This document shows, piece after piece, positions 44,658-58,112 of a stretch of DNA of 64,000 bases. Position 1 is the stretch's first letter. Each line of letters starts with the position of its first letter. The position numbers and the translations under genes are program-made. The DNA lies in NCBI GenBank assembly GCA_964016885.1, contig OZ024748.1:46066001-46130000 (forward strand). The letters run 5' to 3'. Source of the stretch: Eledone cirrhosa (lineage: Eukaryota). Below the pieces are notes generated by a model. That model saw nothing but the letters and a program-made list of their open reading frames with translations, was not told the origin of the DNA and did no database searches.

Positions 44658-46532
44658 TTAATGTTAAATGGAATAATAGTATTTTTTCTGTGATCTTATT
44701 CTGTATTTTGGTTGACAAACACCAGAATCGGTAGAACTGTGAACGTCATTATATACACATATATCAGCACAAACTATATACATATAATCATGTGTGTGTG
44801 TTTGTTTCTGTGTGTGTGTTTCTGTGTGTTTCTGTATATGTGTATATATAACAGTGCTTAATAGAGAAAATATTTTCAGATGTACCGAAAGGTGGTTCTT
44901 AGTTTGATGGACACTTGGTGTGTAATATCCTCCTTTTCTTATTTTCGGTATTTCACTGATTGTATTGATATACGTTAATATAAACTGAGATTGTTTTTTT
45001 TTTTTTTCCATGTTTACTTACACAGATGATAAAGGTCACCAAAAACGAAAATACTGTCCATGGCAGAGTTTGAACTGTTGAACGTTGTTTCAGTATTTCA
45101 GCATTATTTCTATATATTTAGTACAACATTTTTTTTTTCATTTTCCTGTGTACTGTGTGTTATTTCTGCTTCGATTGGTATGTTAAATTGTGTGAAGATT
45201 ATCACACGGCAGTGTTAGCAGAAGAAACATTTGTCGTTGTTTTAGAGCGTTTGATCGTTGTCTAAAACAGAGTATCACTATATCTGGTGTAGCCTACATT
45301 AAGGTATGTGGAGTGAGTTGTTGAAAGTTAAATGCTGTGGTAATGAAAACAGCACCGAATAGCAGACATGGTAAGAAATGTTCGATTCTTAACGTGGTGT
45401 TTCTTCCATAATGTATCCATTTTTACACCCTTAGCTTCTTCAATACATTTACATGTGTTGCCTCAGTTTTCTTAAAGGATCTACGTCCCAAACAGATTTG
45501 TAGATGATATAAGGGAATACACCATGTAGAGCTACATATTAATAGTCCTCTGAGCCTTGCAAAAATTTACCTCAGCTCATGTTAAGGGCTCATTATTGTA
45601 GAAGTTATGTTTTAGTCATTAGTTGAGTTGAACGTTAGTTGTTAAGCAGTTATATTTCTTTGAAAGAGAATTCATTTTTAATTCTCAATAGAAATATCAA
45701 ACACTCTGACAAGTATTGAGGCACTGTCTGGTTAAGATATGGTGCTGCCATCGTAAGCCATATAAAGCTTGGAGGGCCCTTGTTAAAATGTTACAGAAAG
45801 TCTCACTCAAATTCAAAACATGACTTATAATTATTTGAAGATTTCTTGTAAATTATGGGGCCCTAAACAGTAGCTTTTGGAGCTGTTGCATAAATCCTGC
45901 CCCGTATCTTGGTTTCTTCAAGATTTCTTCAAATAATCATTCTACCGTTCATAGTTTAAACAAAGGTTCGCCATTCTTGCACAATTTACTCAACTTTGTA
46001 AATGAAAAACAGTACAACATCCTTTTTAAAATATTTCAATTTCTCTTTCATTTTTTCTTTGTCGATCTTGTTCCTCCTGGTTGAGTGTTAATGCCACCTC
46101 TAACACGGCGCAAATGTTGGGCCGGAAGCAATGACCAAATATTCTGCCAGAAACAGCTGCCAGATTTGCCATTTGACCGGAAACATCGCGCAGTTCTGAT
46201 TTTGAATCAGATTCAAGGAACAGCTCTAGTCTTCGACTGGAAGCAACCGCAAGCTCTGATCCTGAACTGGAGGCACGGAAAAGCTTTGACCTTTGGCCAG
46301 AAGCAGCCAACAGCTCTGCTAGAGTTAACTCAATCTTCAGCTAGCCAAAGCTAATCACATGAAAAGCCTTTGCCTATTTCAGTTGAGACAGGGTTATTGG
46401 TATTTGGTGGCTATTGTAAACCAATGTTCAATAACCTGGCGATCGCTGTACTCAAATAAGATGAAATAGCAAATGACATTTCATGTAAAATACATGAAAA
46501 GTAGTAGAATTTCTCTACTAAGCTCATGTTGC

Positions 46533-46591
46533 TCAGAAGAGATAATCCCATGAAATGTTCTGTGTATGGTCTCCATTATCTTTTAGTCGTT
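46533..46591 (-). CDS. Candidate proximal last coding exon (KRLKDNGDHTQNISWDYLF*)
   Basis: ttttctattttccag acceptor; phase 1 compatible; followed by a long, relatively repeat-poor, UTR-like region. Confidence 0.55.
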
Positions 46592-47167
46592 CTGGAAAAT
46601 AGAAAATAAAAAGACAAAACAAATTATAATAAATATTTTACGAATTCACAATTCAACAATTATTACAAAAAATAACGAAAAAACTAACGAAGGGTCTTAT
46701 ATAGAGTCTATTAATATTTTAGAAACAGAAGTCGAATTATCTCCACCTCACCTTTTATAAACATATTTATTCATATATTTATGAAATTCATTTATATTTA
46801 GTTAACAATTTGATACACATTTCATACGGACCAATCATATCTGTTAAAATCTGAGTTTTTAGTGAAACACTACTTGGATTTGGTTTTGGTAGCGCACCAC
46901 AGGAGACTATATACATCTCATTCTACGCCAAATTGTGTAGGACATAAAAAAAAAAGACACACAAAATAAAAATTCAATCACTGATAATATATAAACAACC
47001 GTCCAGTTGTTTATATATTATCGAACCAACCAACCGGAATTTTATAATAAATTGAAGTGAAATCTAGCAGGTGCGTGTGTTTTTATTGCCACATGACTCT
47101 CCCAAAGTATAACAATATCTGTTTCAACACATATTTTCAGATAAGAAATCTTGCAAAACAAATTCAA

Positions 47168-47260
<93 letters not shown>

Positions 47261-47463
47261 TTGGTGCTCTGAAATAGCGATATATATATATGAATGTATA
47301 TATAGTGAATTTTGCAATACACTGTATGCTTAATTAAAAGCATTTTGAAGACCATATCTGTCTGCCGAAAATTTAAGTAAGCGACAATGTCGCTACTTTA
47401 AAACGATAGCGTATGGTCTTAAAAATGCTTTTAATTAAGCATACAGTGTATTGCAAAATACAC

Positions 47464-47546
<83 letters not shown>

Positions 47547-47762
47547 GTCAGTACCTGGTTCAATCAGAGGTAACCATAGTAATAAGGTACTCAACAAATT
47601 AGTAGATTGTAAACAACAAATTTAATATAAAAACGGCATCTACAGGTCTAGAACTGTTTCATTTGAAGGAAATCACCAGGAAAACCTGATGATTTCTTTC
47701 GAATGAAACCGTTCTAGCCATGTAGAAACAGTCTCTCTCTCTCTCTTACAAATACATACACA

Positions 47763-47843
<81 letters not shown>

Positions 47844-47872
47844 ATCAAAAGCTTGTTAAAAGAGTTCCATGT

Positions 47873-47941
47873 ATTTTATTATGCGCATTTCAAAAACAAA
47901 TATCATCATGCGATGACATTTGCGTTTTCGTCAGATAAAAT
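47873..47941 (-). ncRNA. Hammerhead, family F (intact core)
   Basis: attttat-CTGACGA-long stem II-GAA-ATGCGCAT-A-ataaaat. Copies at 3444-3512(+, CTGACCA) and 29503-29573(-). Confidence 0.85.
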
Positions 47942-49124
47942 AGGGAGACATGAAAACACTTGTGAATAGTGCAGTTTTAAATCAACATATGAAAAGTAGT
48001 TTAAGATTGATGTGTGATATTGGGAAAACAATGAGGGGGGTTGGAAAGGATGAAAAAGAGGAGGAGATGAGAGTAAAGAATGGAGGGGGAGAAGTATAAT
48101 AAGGAAGGATGAGATAGGAGGAGAGATGGTTGATAGAGAGAGAGAGAGATAGCTTTTATAACTGAGAAAAATATATTGTTTTACAGAGAGAGGTTAAAAA
48201 AACCGTTGGAAGAAAATATATAAATTAAAAGAATTTGAAAATTAACGAAGAGAAAAAAATTAAGAATAATGTTAAATTAAGGTTTGTATATTGAAGGGTT
48301 TAATAATATGTGCGATGAAAAGAAATTGCTTTATCGTACTACAATAAAACTCACCTCCCACACACACACATATATATATAATAGTAATAATAAAAAGGTC
48401 GCTTTGTTATGTCTTCATTTTGTTTATTGAGTAATGACGCGAGTTTCGCTATTGATCAGCTCAAAGTTCGATCTGTAACAACCTAGCTACGCCCCCCCCC
48501 CCCGACTCTTGAATTAAAAGCTTACTCTGGTGAACCTACATTAACTGGACGTTACATTCCCTATATATATATGTGTGTGTTTGTGTATATATATATATAT
48601 TAATAAGAGGAATTCCAACTTTGTCTGATTTACTCGTTTTATTTACAATCCTTTAAAATATATATAATATGGTATTATAATGAAATAGTATGATAGAATA
48701 TTAAATTCTAACACTTAGAATTTAATATTCTATCATACTATTTCATTATAATACCATATTATATATATATTAAAGGATTGTAAATAAAACGAGTAAATCA
48801 GACAAAGTTGGAATTCCTCTTATTAATATAATCTTCTATACACAATCATACACACCCGTGTATATTTACCTATCTATATCTATCTATATATATATATATA
48901 TATATACATACACACACACTTCTAACACACTATATATATACATACACACACACTTCTAACACTTAGAATTTAATATTCTATCATACTATTTCATTATAAT
49001 ACCATATTATATATATTTTAAAGGATTGTAAATAAAACGAGTAAATCAGACAAAGTTGGAATTCCTCTTATTAATATAATCTTCTATACACAATCATACA
49101 CACCCGTGTATATTTACCTATCTA

Positions 49125-49168
<44 letters not shown>

Positions 49169-49174
49169 CACACA

Positions 49175-49246
<72 letters not shown>

Positions 49247-49433
49247 ATTTCCCTCGAGAGTGAATATATCTTGACTCCATGAACCATGGAGACTGAAGTA
49301 GAGAGAGAAATAAACACGAGACAAACGGTACCAGAACAACAACAAATAAATAAAGACAATAACAACAAAAAATAAGAACTAATCCAATAAAAGAAATAAA
49401 ACATAGGAATAAAAGAATATAAAAATATCTTAC

Positions 49434-49627
49434 TTTGTGTATTCGGAATAAATATAAAATCGCCTTCGGAGGAGAAAATTTCTTGACTCACTCGTCGTAT
49501 GCTGTCGCTGGTAATCTTCTGCCAGTTTCGTTTGTACTTCAGTGGGAGATGTTTGTTACTGTAAGCACTAGAACAAGTACTCTTAGAGGTGGTAGTACCA
49601 TGGCTTTTAACTGAGATTGCCGAGCTC
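49434..49627 (-). CDS. Host gene Ser/Thr-rich cytoplasmic-tail exon (SSAISVKSHG...FIFIPNTQ)
   Basis: tttttctcttcatcaacag acceptor and gtaaga donor; 194 nt, open, phase 2-1, continuing the TM exon frame. Confidence 0.75.
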
Positions 49628-49676
49628 CTGTTGATGAAGAGAAAAAACAAACATCGTATAATATATATATATATAT

Positions 49677-50252
49677 GATGGCTGCCCCCTCGTTATCGAG
49701 TATGGCCATTGCACGATATACATTATTAATTAATTATATCGTGCAATGCCTGTGCGTGAAGATATTGTTTAAAGAGAGGAAAGACTGTGCACTGGGTCAA
49801 TCCCACTCTCTGAGCGACAGTAGCTATAACCCGAAAAGAAGAAAAGATCAACATCATCGGTAACTACTGACCCGCAGGTTTTATATGGGAGTTATCCCAG
49901 TTTTCTGAGTTGCCTTCTCCTAGAAGAATGCCCTTACAAAGGCTAGGGGTCCTTCACTCCCAGTGGTTTAACTGCGCGATAGGGTGTCCAGCCCGACTAT
50001 TTCCATGTTCCCACGCATATACATACACATGCACCCATGATATACACATATACATATACATACCTATGTACATGTGCATATAAATATTTACACACTTTTG
50101 GATGGCCGTTGACATTGTCCTGCAGGCTGTCCAAAATCACCCTCTTCACCAAGTAAACTTGGTGGGGGTTGACGGTTTAGTCGCCGACGACCGGACCATG
50201 CGACAGGTTGTACTGGGTAACATGATACCAGTAACACTCAAGAGTGACCCGA
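49677..50252 (-). mobile_element. Probable non-autonomous RTE-related short element(s)
   Basis: Two GC-richer islands flanked by (TA)n with a (cat)n-like end; recognised only by resemblance. Confidence 0.35.
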
Positions 50253-51227
50253 CTTAATATATATATATATATACATTTCGAGTATATGTTGGTTGTATAC
50301 CAACACCTCAGTATGCTGTTTTTTTTTGTTTTTTTTTTCATTTTATTGCCTTCTATTTCTTCATATACATGGCAGATGGTGGCAGGAGTGATGAGGAAAC
50401 ACACACACAGATATTTATAAATGGTCAGCAGCAGCAAGACATCGGCTGACCACAACACCAACAACACTACCAAAATAAGCGTAGATGTCAGATGTACTTA
50501 ACAATAGCAAACACAAACACTACAGGGAGCTTTACCCCAGAAAGAATTTCTATAGACTTTTGACTGACGAACGCTCTCAAAACTGACCAATGGGAAGAGT
50601 GACCTTACAAATCTTTATAACATTGAGATGGGTATAACACACACACACACATTTTATTTGATTATTTTATTTTATTTTGTTCCTTTACCATCTTATTCCT
50701 TCTACCACTTAATCATTTTTTTTAGATGACTCCAACAACAACACCACTACCAACATAAGAATAGAGGTCAGATGTACCTAACAATAACAAGAACAATCAC
50801 TACAGATTGGCTTGCCTCAGAACGAATTTCTATGGATTTTTGACTGACGAATGTTCTAACAACTGACCAATGAGAGGAGAAGAGGCCCTTTGACGCTGAA
50901 ATTCGTTTGTTTAAATTCATATGATTCCAGTTCCTCAGTGAAATAACAACCCGACCAGGAACTGGGCATATCAGAGTATTGACAAAGTTAAACACCTCAA
51001 CAACATGTGTACTCGTCTCTACCACACTAATTCGGACTGCCTGGAGAGCTCATAGCCAAAGTTGAATTCAACTGATAAGGTATCTTTTCCTTGACTATGA
51101 CAACATTTATAAAACACTCCTTGTATTTTATCTGATTAAAGCGTACCAAAGTTGTTGGTACACTTGAAATATATATAATAGACTAAATATGGTTTTATAA
51201 ATATAGTTTCCGTTTATTTAATATCAT

Positions 51228-51307
<80 letters not shown>

Positions 51308-53211
51308 GATTCCAGTTCCTCAGAGGGATAACAACACAACCAGGAGCTCGACATATCGATGTATTGACGGAGTAAAACACACTTCAACAACATGTGTACC
51401 TGTTTTTTCCACACCAATTTGGACTGCCTGAAGAGTACAGCCAATGATGGCTGTCACCGAAATATATATAGCAGTATATCTATAATTTATAATAAACGAA
51501 GCCAAATTTTACATATTTGACTTAATTATTTTACATTACTCCGGAGTAAACAAACTAACATGCGTACTTCGTCGAGTGCTCCAATCTGCATACTAGGTGT
51601 CGGTAAACAATCAACATATACTCAAAATGTATATATATATATGTATGTAAAAGGTAAATAGAAATAACAACAGAATTGGTACAGTATATGGAAGGGGTAT
51701 ATTAGGTTAACGCTTGATATAGCAGGAAGAGGTATATTTAAATATATGTAATCCATAAAACAGTAGAATAACCCTGTGCCAACTTGTTTTTCTCATAAAG
51801 AAATAGAAATAAAATGGTCATACACAGATCATTAATTTTCCTCTATAAACTCAGCATTAATTTTTTTTCTTTTTAATCTAGGGAAATCCGTTAATAACTT
51901 CACAAAGGAGAGCAAATTAATACTCGGGCAAAGACGCAGAGAAAGCCACCAGGTGACTTTTACTTACAAGTGACTGACCAGCCCTTTCTGGGTTATGTGG
52001 CCAAGAATATGTCATGTTTAAAGTGTCGAAAGCACCAACGTGTCCCCACTCACACGACATGTGAAGCGTCACGGCTCATATATAAGCATTTACCTTGTAT
52101 ATTTTCGTGGGATATTTTAGATTCGAATGGCAAATATTCCAGTTGTTTTACAAATAGAAAAGCCTATTCAGGAAATTATTATTCCCCTGGCTGACAATTC
52201 CACAGACACATATAGAATGTTTCTTGAACAATAGGGAGCATTCGACATTCTAACGACATGCAAAATACTGCAAATTCGCCGCCTTAATAAGGTATATGTT
52301 TATATGTGTTAGAGTATAATGCTATATACTATATACTACAGTATATTGCTATATACAGGAATGGGTGGTGATCTGTCACAAAAAAATACTTTATTGTATT
52401 TATTCCGATTCTATATGCTCTGTGACCAATTTCTACAGAAGTGAACTTAACATTTCCTTCTTCTCGAGTGAATAAAAAAGAACAATCTAGAGCTGATTGA
52501 TTTGCAGAATTTCTAGAGCCTTTGTTGTGATTTCTGTGTATCAATATGTATGGACCTGATATTTTTATCTATTTTTTTCCAATCCCAACCCACCGTCCCC
52601 TCAATCTTTCTTCTGACGAAAGACTAGCGCCTTGAAGACCCTCTTCCTGCTATATCAAGCGTTAACCTAATATAGCCCTTCCATATACTGTACCGATTGT
52701 GTTGTTATTTCTGTTTACCTTATATATATATATATATTATGGAATACTGTTAGCTTCTCGCTACAATAATTTCTATACTTTTCATTTATATATATATAAA
52801 TTTATATAATATTACGTCAATACTAATCTTTTTCAATTTCTCTTAGGGTTCTACACCCCAATATCAGGCTAAAATTTCTTTAGTCAAAAACCCGAGGAAA
52901 GCTTCTATTTCTAATTTCAAACTAGCTCGCTGTTTCATAACTTAATTACCTGATATATATATATTTATATATAGTATTATGTATATATATTTATTATGTA
53001 TATATATTATATTATGTGTGTGTATATATATAACAATGACATGTCCCACTTTTTCTAATTTTCTTCTGATCATTCCACTTGTATTGACGAAGGGTTAAAG
53101 CACGGTACGTTGAACTTTTTTTCTTTTTTCATCCAAATCATGAACCTAATAACACTAATTGTATTTGTATCTCTGAGTTTGTCATTTTTAACACACACAC
53201 ACACGCACACA

Positions 53212-53401
<190 letters not shown>

Positions 53402-53455
53402 GTTATGTAATAAACAACATAAGATAATTAATTCATTTACCAAAGGTAAATCATG

Positions 53456-53523
53456 AATTCGTTCTGATGACTGAAGGCAGACATAAGCTCGTCTGTCTTC
53501 AAGAAAACTTTGGTAAATGAATT
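53456..53523 (+). ncRNA. Hammerhead, family J
   Basis: aattcgtt-CTGATGA-c-tgaaggcagac(8 nt)gtctgtcttca-a-GAA-AAC(ttt)GGT-A-aatgaatt; one stem III mismatch. Decayed relatives at about 62831-62902(+) and 31850-31915(-). Confidence 0.7.
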
Positions 53524-53615
53524 AATTATCTTATTTTGTTTATTACATAACTAAACAGCTCTGTAGCCTACATAGAGCACTCTCTTTTCCTTTACCTTTC
53601 CTACGGAAATACTTC

Positions 53616-53674
<59 letters not shown>

Positions 53675-54285
53675 GTGTGTGTGCTTATCAGTGTTAGCGT
53701 GAGATGGGACAGGACTTTGGCATTTCCTTATACAATTAATTACATATTTTGAGGACATCAAAGACAGTCTCACCCCAGGCAACATCAGTCAGAACAACAA
53801 CGTCAACAACCCCAACAAAGATAATCATGAGAGCTACTCATAACCAACTATCTTTAAAAAGACGATATCAAAGCACCAGTAATTATTGACCTATCCCAAC
53901 CTAAGTACACCTCTCTCTAAATATATATATATATATCAAATATGTCATAAAATATATTAATATATATATATATATAGTTATATAACTTATATATAAAATA
54001 TGTGTATATATATATATACTTATATAACTTATAAAATATGTCTATATATATATATATATATAGGAGTAAGTAAGACCCCGACGGCTGAGCTCAAGCCGTT
54101 TCGACGGCTAATTCAGTACTGAATTCAGTACTGAATTAGCCGTCGAAACGGCTTGAGCTCAGCCGTCGGGGTCTTACTTACTCCTATTACCCACTCTACT
54201 ACCCTAAGTATTGAGTACTTTGGTGCGTTATGGTCCACCTGGTTCCTTACCACTTTTCCCTCGCTATATATATATATATATATAT

Positions 54286-54552
54286 ATCACGATAAATTAA
54301 CGGAGCCATAGACTCTTGCTATACCCTGTCAATAATGTGCTCACAGGAAAAGGAATCCTGAGCTCTTTAAAATACAATATCTTGACAAGGTAATACACTA
54401 CAGAGAGTTGTTTATTAATGGCGCACTATCTCTTTCTAGTGTGTTAACTTTTCAACATATTGTATTTTAAAGAGCTCAGGATTCCTTTTCTTTGAGCACA
54501 TTATTGACAGGGAATAACGAGGGTCTATGGCTCCGTTAATTTATCGTGATAT
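54286..54552. repeat. Fold-back or MITE-like palindrome of about 265 bp without a recognisable HHR
   Basis: atcacgataaattaacggagccatagac ... gtctatggctccgttaatttatcgtgat; arms pair almost to the centre. Confidence 0.8.
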
Positions 54553-55050
54553 TTCGCTCCTTATAACAGTCTTTCCTCTCTCTCTGTTTCGTTGAGCACA
54601 CTTCTTTGATTGGTTTTTGGGCTGCCCTTTCTAGCAGCTGGTCCCTCAAATACCACTGGTTCACTGCCCTAAACACACTGTGACATCTCTCTGTCGCGTG
54701 GCTGGAAGGTCGCTTTAGATTCTCTTAGAGTTGTCTGAAATGTATGGCCTTGCACGCGCTGATGAACCATAGGCTATTCCATTTCAGTCAACAACTTCCT
54801 GGCGAAACAGATCTCTTTGGATTTGTACGTGTGTGTTATATAGTTATAGAGGTGTGTATATATATTTTAATTTATACTTTTAATTATTGTGTATCTACCC
54901 TGCCTTCCATAGATTATAGACTCCATACACTGGTGGTTTTTGCCTGTTTTATATATATATATATACTTATATATCATATAAAAAATATGTCAATATATAT
55001 ATATATATACTAATATATAAAATATGTATATATATATATATATATATACA

Positions 55051-55130
<80 letters not shown>

Positions 55131-55270
55131 AGTGTAAGTATGTATGTATACGTACATACATATATGTATACAGACGTACAGTAGTATGTATATATATACA
55201 TACATGCACACACATATATATGTACGTATGGGTTTACCGAACATTTATTATAATGTTCGGTTTGTTTATC

Positions 55271-55625
55271 GGGCAGTGGATTGGCAGTATCGGTAGATGG
55301 TCGGGCGCCATGCTTTGAAGCATAGAGTTACCTCCCTTTATGATCTGAGTTCAAATCCCGCCGAGGTTAACTTTGCCTTTCATCCTTACGGGGTCGATAA
55401 AATAAAGTACTAGTAATGCACTGGGATATTTGCTGGCCTGGTGCCAAAAGTAGAAACAATTATTATTATTTGCAGCAAAGAGCTACGGCCCTTTATGGTC
55501 TGAGTTCAAATGTCACCGAGGTTAACTTTGCCTTTCATCCTTACGAGGTCGATAAAATAAAGTACCAGTAATGCACTGGGATAATTGTCGGCCTTGTGCC
55601 AAAAGTAGAAATAATTATTAATATT
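55271..55625 (+). mobile_element. tRNA-derived SINE family 1, full copy plus partial tandem copy
   Basis: A-box-like ttggcagtatcggtag, B-box gagttcaaatccc, conserved core gaggttaactttgcctttcatccttacggggtcgataaaataaagtac, (att)n tail. Confidence 0.8.
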
Positions 55626-55676
55626 CGAAAAACTCACATTACATTTATTGTAGTCAGCCATGTTGAGCGAAATTTT

Positions 55677-55728
<52 letters not shown>

Positions 55729-55860
55729 ATACATATATATATATATATATTATAAAATATATGAAGACGGCCGTCCTGACTAGAAACTGCTAAATGTGTG
55801 GCCGCCTTCTTGTCTCTGCCTTTTCAACCCCATGTATTATATTCCTTTGTTAAATTTTGA

Positions 55861-55918
55861 ATACCTGATGATGTCACCGGATTTATACTGAACCCGGTCA
55901 TTGAAATGTTCATAGTAT
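55861..55918 (+). ncRNA. Hammerhead, family K
   Basis: atac-CTGATGA-tg.accgg...ccggtca-tt-GAA-ATGTTCAT-A-gtat. The copy at 38850-38908(-) has TTGATGA and palindromic ATGATCAT. Confidence 0.75.
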
Positions 55919-56170
55919 AATAAACCTTTAAGGAATTACACCAGTCCAGCCTCCTGTTGTTTTATAATAATTACCTCCGTACTTGCACCACCAACAACAC
56001 AAACGAAGACGGGTGAGTTGCATTACGTCGAGTGCTCTCCCTAATACTACATCGAGGTTGACCATACGGAATGACCAGTTCTATCCAGTGGTTAACCAAC
56101 AAACCTAAATGATTATATATATATATATATATATGTTTATCCCGGGTTCAATCATGTGGAAATCATCAGG

Positions 56171-56219
56171 GCTTCCTGATGATTTCTCCCGAATGAAAGA
56201 GTTCTAGTCCAGTAGAAGC
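56171..56219 (+). ncRNA. Hammerhead, family L (stem III decayed)
   Basis: gcttc-CTGATGA-t-ttc(tccc)gaa-t-GAAA...GTA-gaagc. The inverted pair at 47636-47728 preserves an ACAG/CTGT stem III. Confidence 0.6.
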
Positions 56220-56241
56220 CATTTCTATTTTAAATAAATAA

Positions 56242-56287
<46 letters not shown>

Positions 56288-56524
56288 CTGGTCTCTATTT
56301 GGTCCATGGAGCGCTTGCCAGCATATCTCGGATATTGCGTTTCGCCTTGTTTTCGACAATAGCCGAAATACGAATCTCGCTGAAAACATATATATATATA
56401 TATATATATACTCACACATACATCTATATACTTATATAATTCTCATTGAGCCAACTCTGACCCAGACACTCAAATATAAACAAGAGGCATAATAAGGAAG
56501 GTGTAGAAAATTTGCTAAACTTAC

Positions 56525-56654
56525 AAATCTTCTTCAGTTCGTTGGTAACTGTTCCGATGTACATAGTGATTACGATAATACCAATATCCTGCCAGACCTA
56601 TTAATATTACTGCGACCAATGTAAACAATATCGACAGCACTTTTGTCACAGTAC
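56525..56654 (-). CDS. Host gene transmembrane exon (STVTKVLSILFTLVAVILIGLAGYWYYRNHYVHRNSYQRTEEDL)
   Basis: ttgtttcag acceptor and gtaagt donor; hydrophobic helix of about 21 aa followed by aromatic/basic stop-transfer residues; phase 1-2. Confidence 0.8.
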
Positions 56655-57236
56655 CTGAAACAAATGTATCACAATCGCATAAATATTTGGTTAAATATAT
56701 ACACATGGTTTCATAATTACGTGGTTTTGGAAAAAGACTATAAATTTCAACCTAAAGAATATAAATTTCATTCTAAATTTGCTTTATGTTATCATACTCA
56801 GTAGCATGAAATACAGAGCTTAGAAGCCCCCAGAAGATCTGAACTTCAGATAGTATTCACAGAAGAAACGTCCCATCCTCAAGCGAGTGTTTCGGTCCTT
56901 AACTTTTACACTCTAAGTGGACCAGGTTGCATCCATGTCATAACTCCTAGGTGCCCTTCTGCTGAAATTTAGCCATTCAGAAATCGGAGAGTTTCTCTTC
57001 ATTTAAACCGTATAGAAATTTTGTTGACATGAACGTAATTTGAAGTCAGAACATAAAGAGACGGATGGAATACTGACCCTTCAACCTTTCTTCTCGTGCC
57101 CTCCCCTTAATCATTCTTTACATAGGTATAGAAAGTCAGACATTGTAAGAAATGGGAACACTCGATTATATCTTCCCCAGCACGTGTGTGTGTGTATGTG
57201 TGTGTGTGTGTAACAATATAAATATATTTTACTTAC

Positions 57237-57268
57237 TGGGGCCAGAATTTGAGTTTTCTGCTACTTCT
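57237..57268 (-). CDS. Host gene 32-nt exon (EVAENSNSGP)
   Basis: tttttgttttccag acceptor and gtaagt donor; phase 2-1 matches both neighbouring exons. Confidence 0.7.
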
Positions 57269-57616
57269 CTGGAAAACAAAAATGAAAAGAAATATGTTGA
57301 AGTTTCAAGAAATATTAACCCTTTATATTCTTTGCTTAAACTTTATATATATATATATATATATAAACACACACACATATATTTATATATACTATTATAT
57401 GTTCGTGGTAAAGGCTTTACCTCATAATATCGAATCTATGAGATTTTGAAAGTATTTATTTTGAGAACAATACCTTAACATCAGTTTGAGCGACCAGTTA
57501 CACCCACTTTCAAAAGAAAGAATTCTGGCCGGTTTTGGCCGGTTTTGACCGGTTTTGGCCGGTTTGAACATTAAAGGGTTAATGAATATTAATTATGCTT
57601 AATATTTACCTAACAA

Positions 57617-57651
<35 letters not shown>

Positions 57652-57661
57652 GTATATATGT

Positions 57662-57702
<41 letters not shown>

Positions 57703-57855
57703 GTTATATATATATATATAAAGTTTAAGCAAAGAATTCTTTGTTTAAACTTTAATCTATATTTATAATGAATATTTGCTCTACGGATTTATAATACATA
57801 TATATATATAATCCTTATCGAGCCCTCTTTGGATTTTAGTCTTCACATTTATTAT

Positions 57856-57919
<64 letters not shown>

Positions 57920-58112
57920 ATATATATATACATTCATACATACATACACATATATATACATATATGTGTGTGTGTGTGAGTGTGTGTCTGCAAAGAGAGA
58001 AAGATGGAGAGAAAGATGGAGAGGGAGAGGGAGAGAAAGAGGGAAAGAGGGGGATGGAAAGAGAGCAATAACGTACTATAAATTCTCAGAAGAATTGATT
58101 AATGATAAGTGA

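Noticed and set aside
50485-50890. CTGACGA within a duplicated block of about 125 bp
   Set aside because: No GAAA core or closing stems; probably upstream flank of the family G element at 51124.
51881-51952. Plus-strand AG...GT exon-like segment
   Set aside because: Isolated, antisense to the host gene and inside a probable mobile-element interior.
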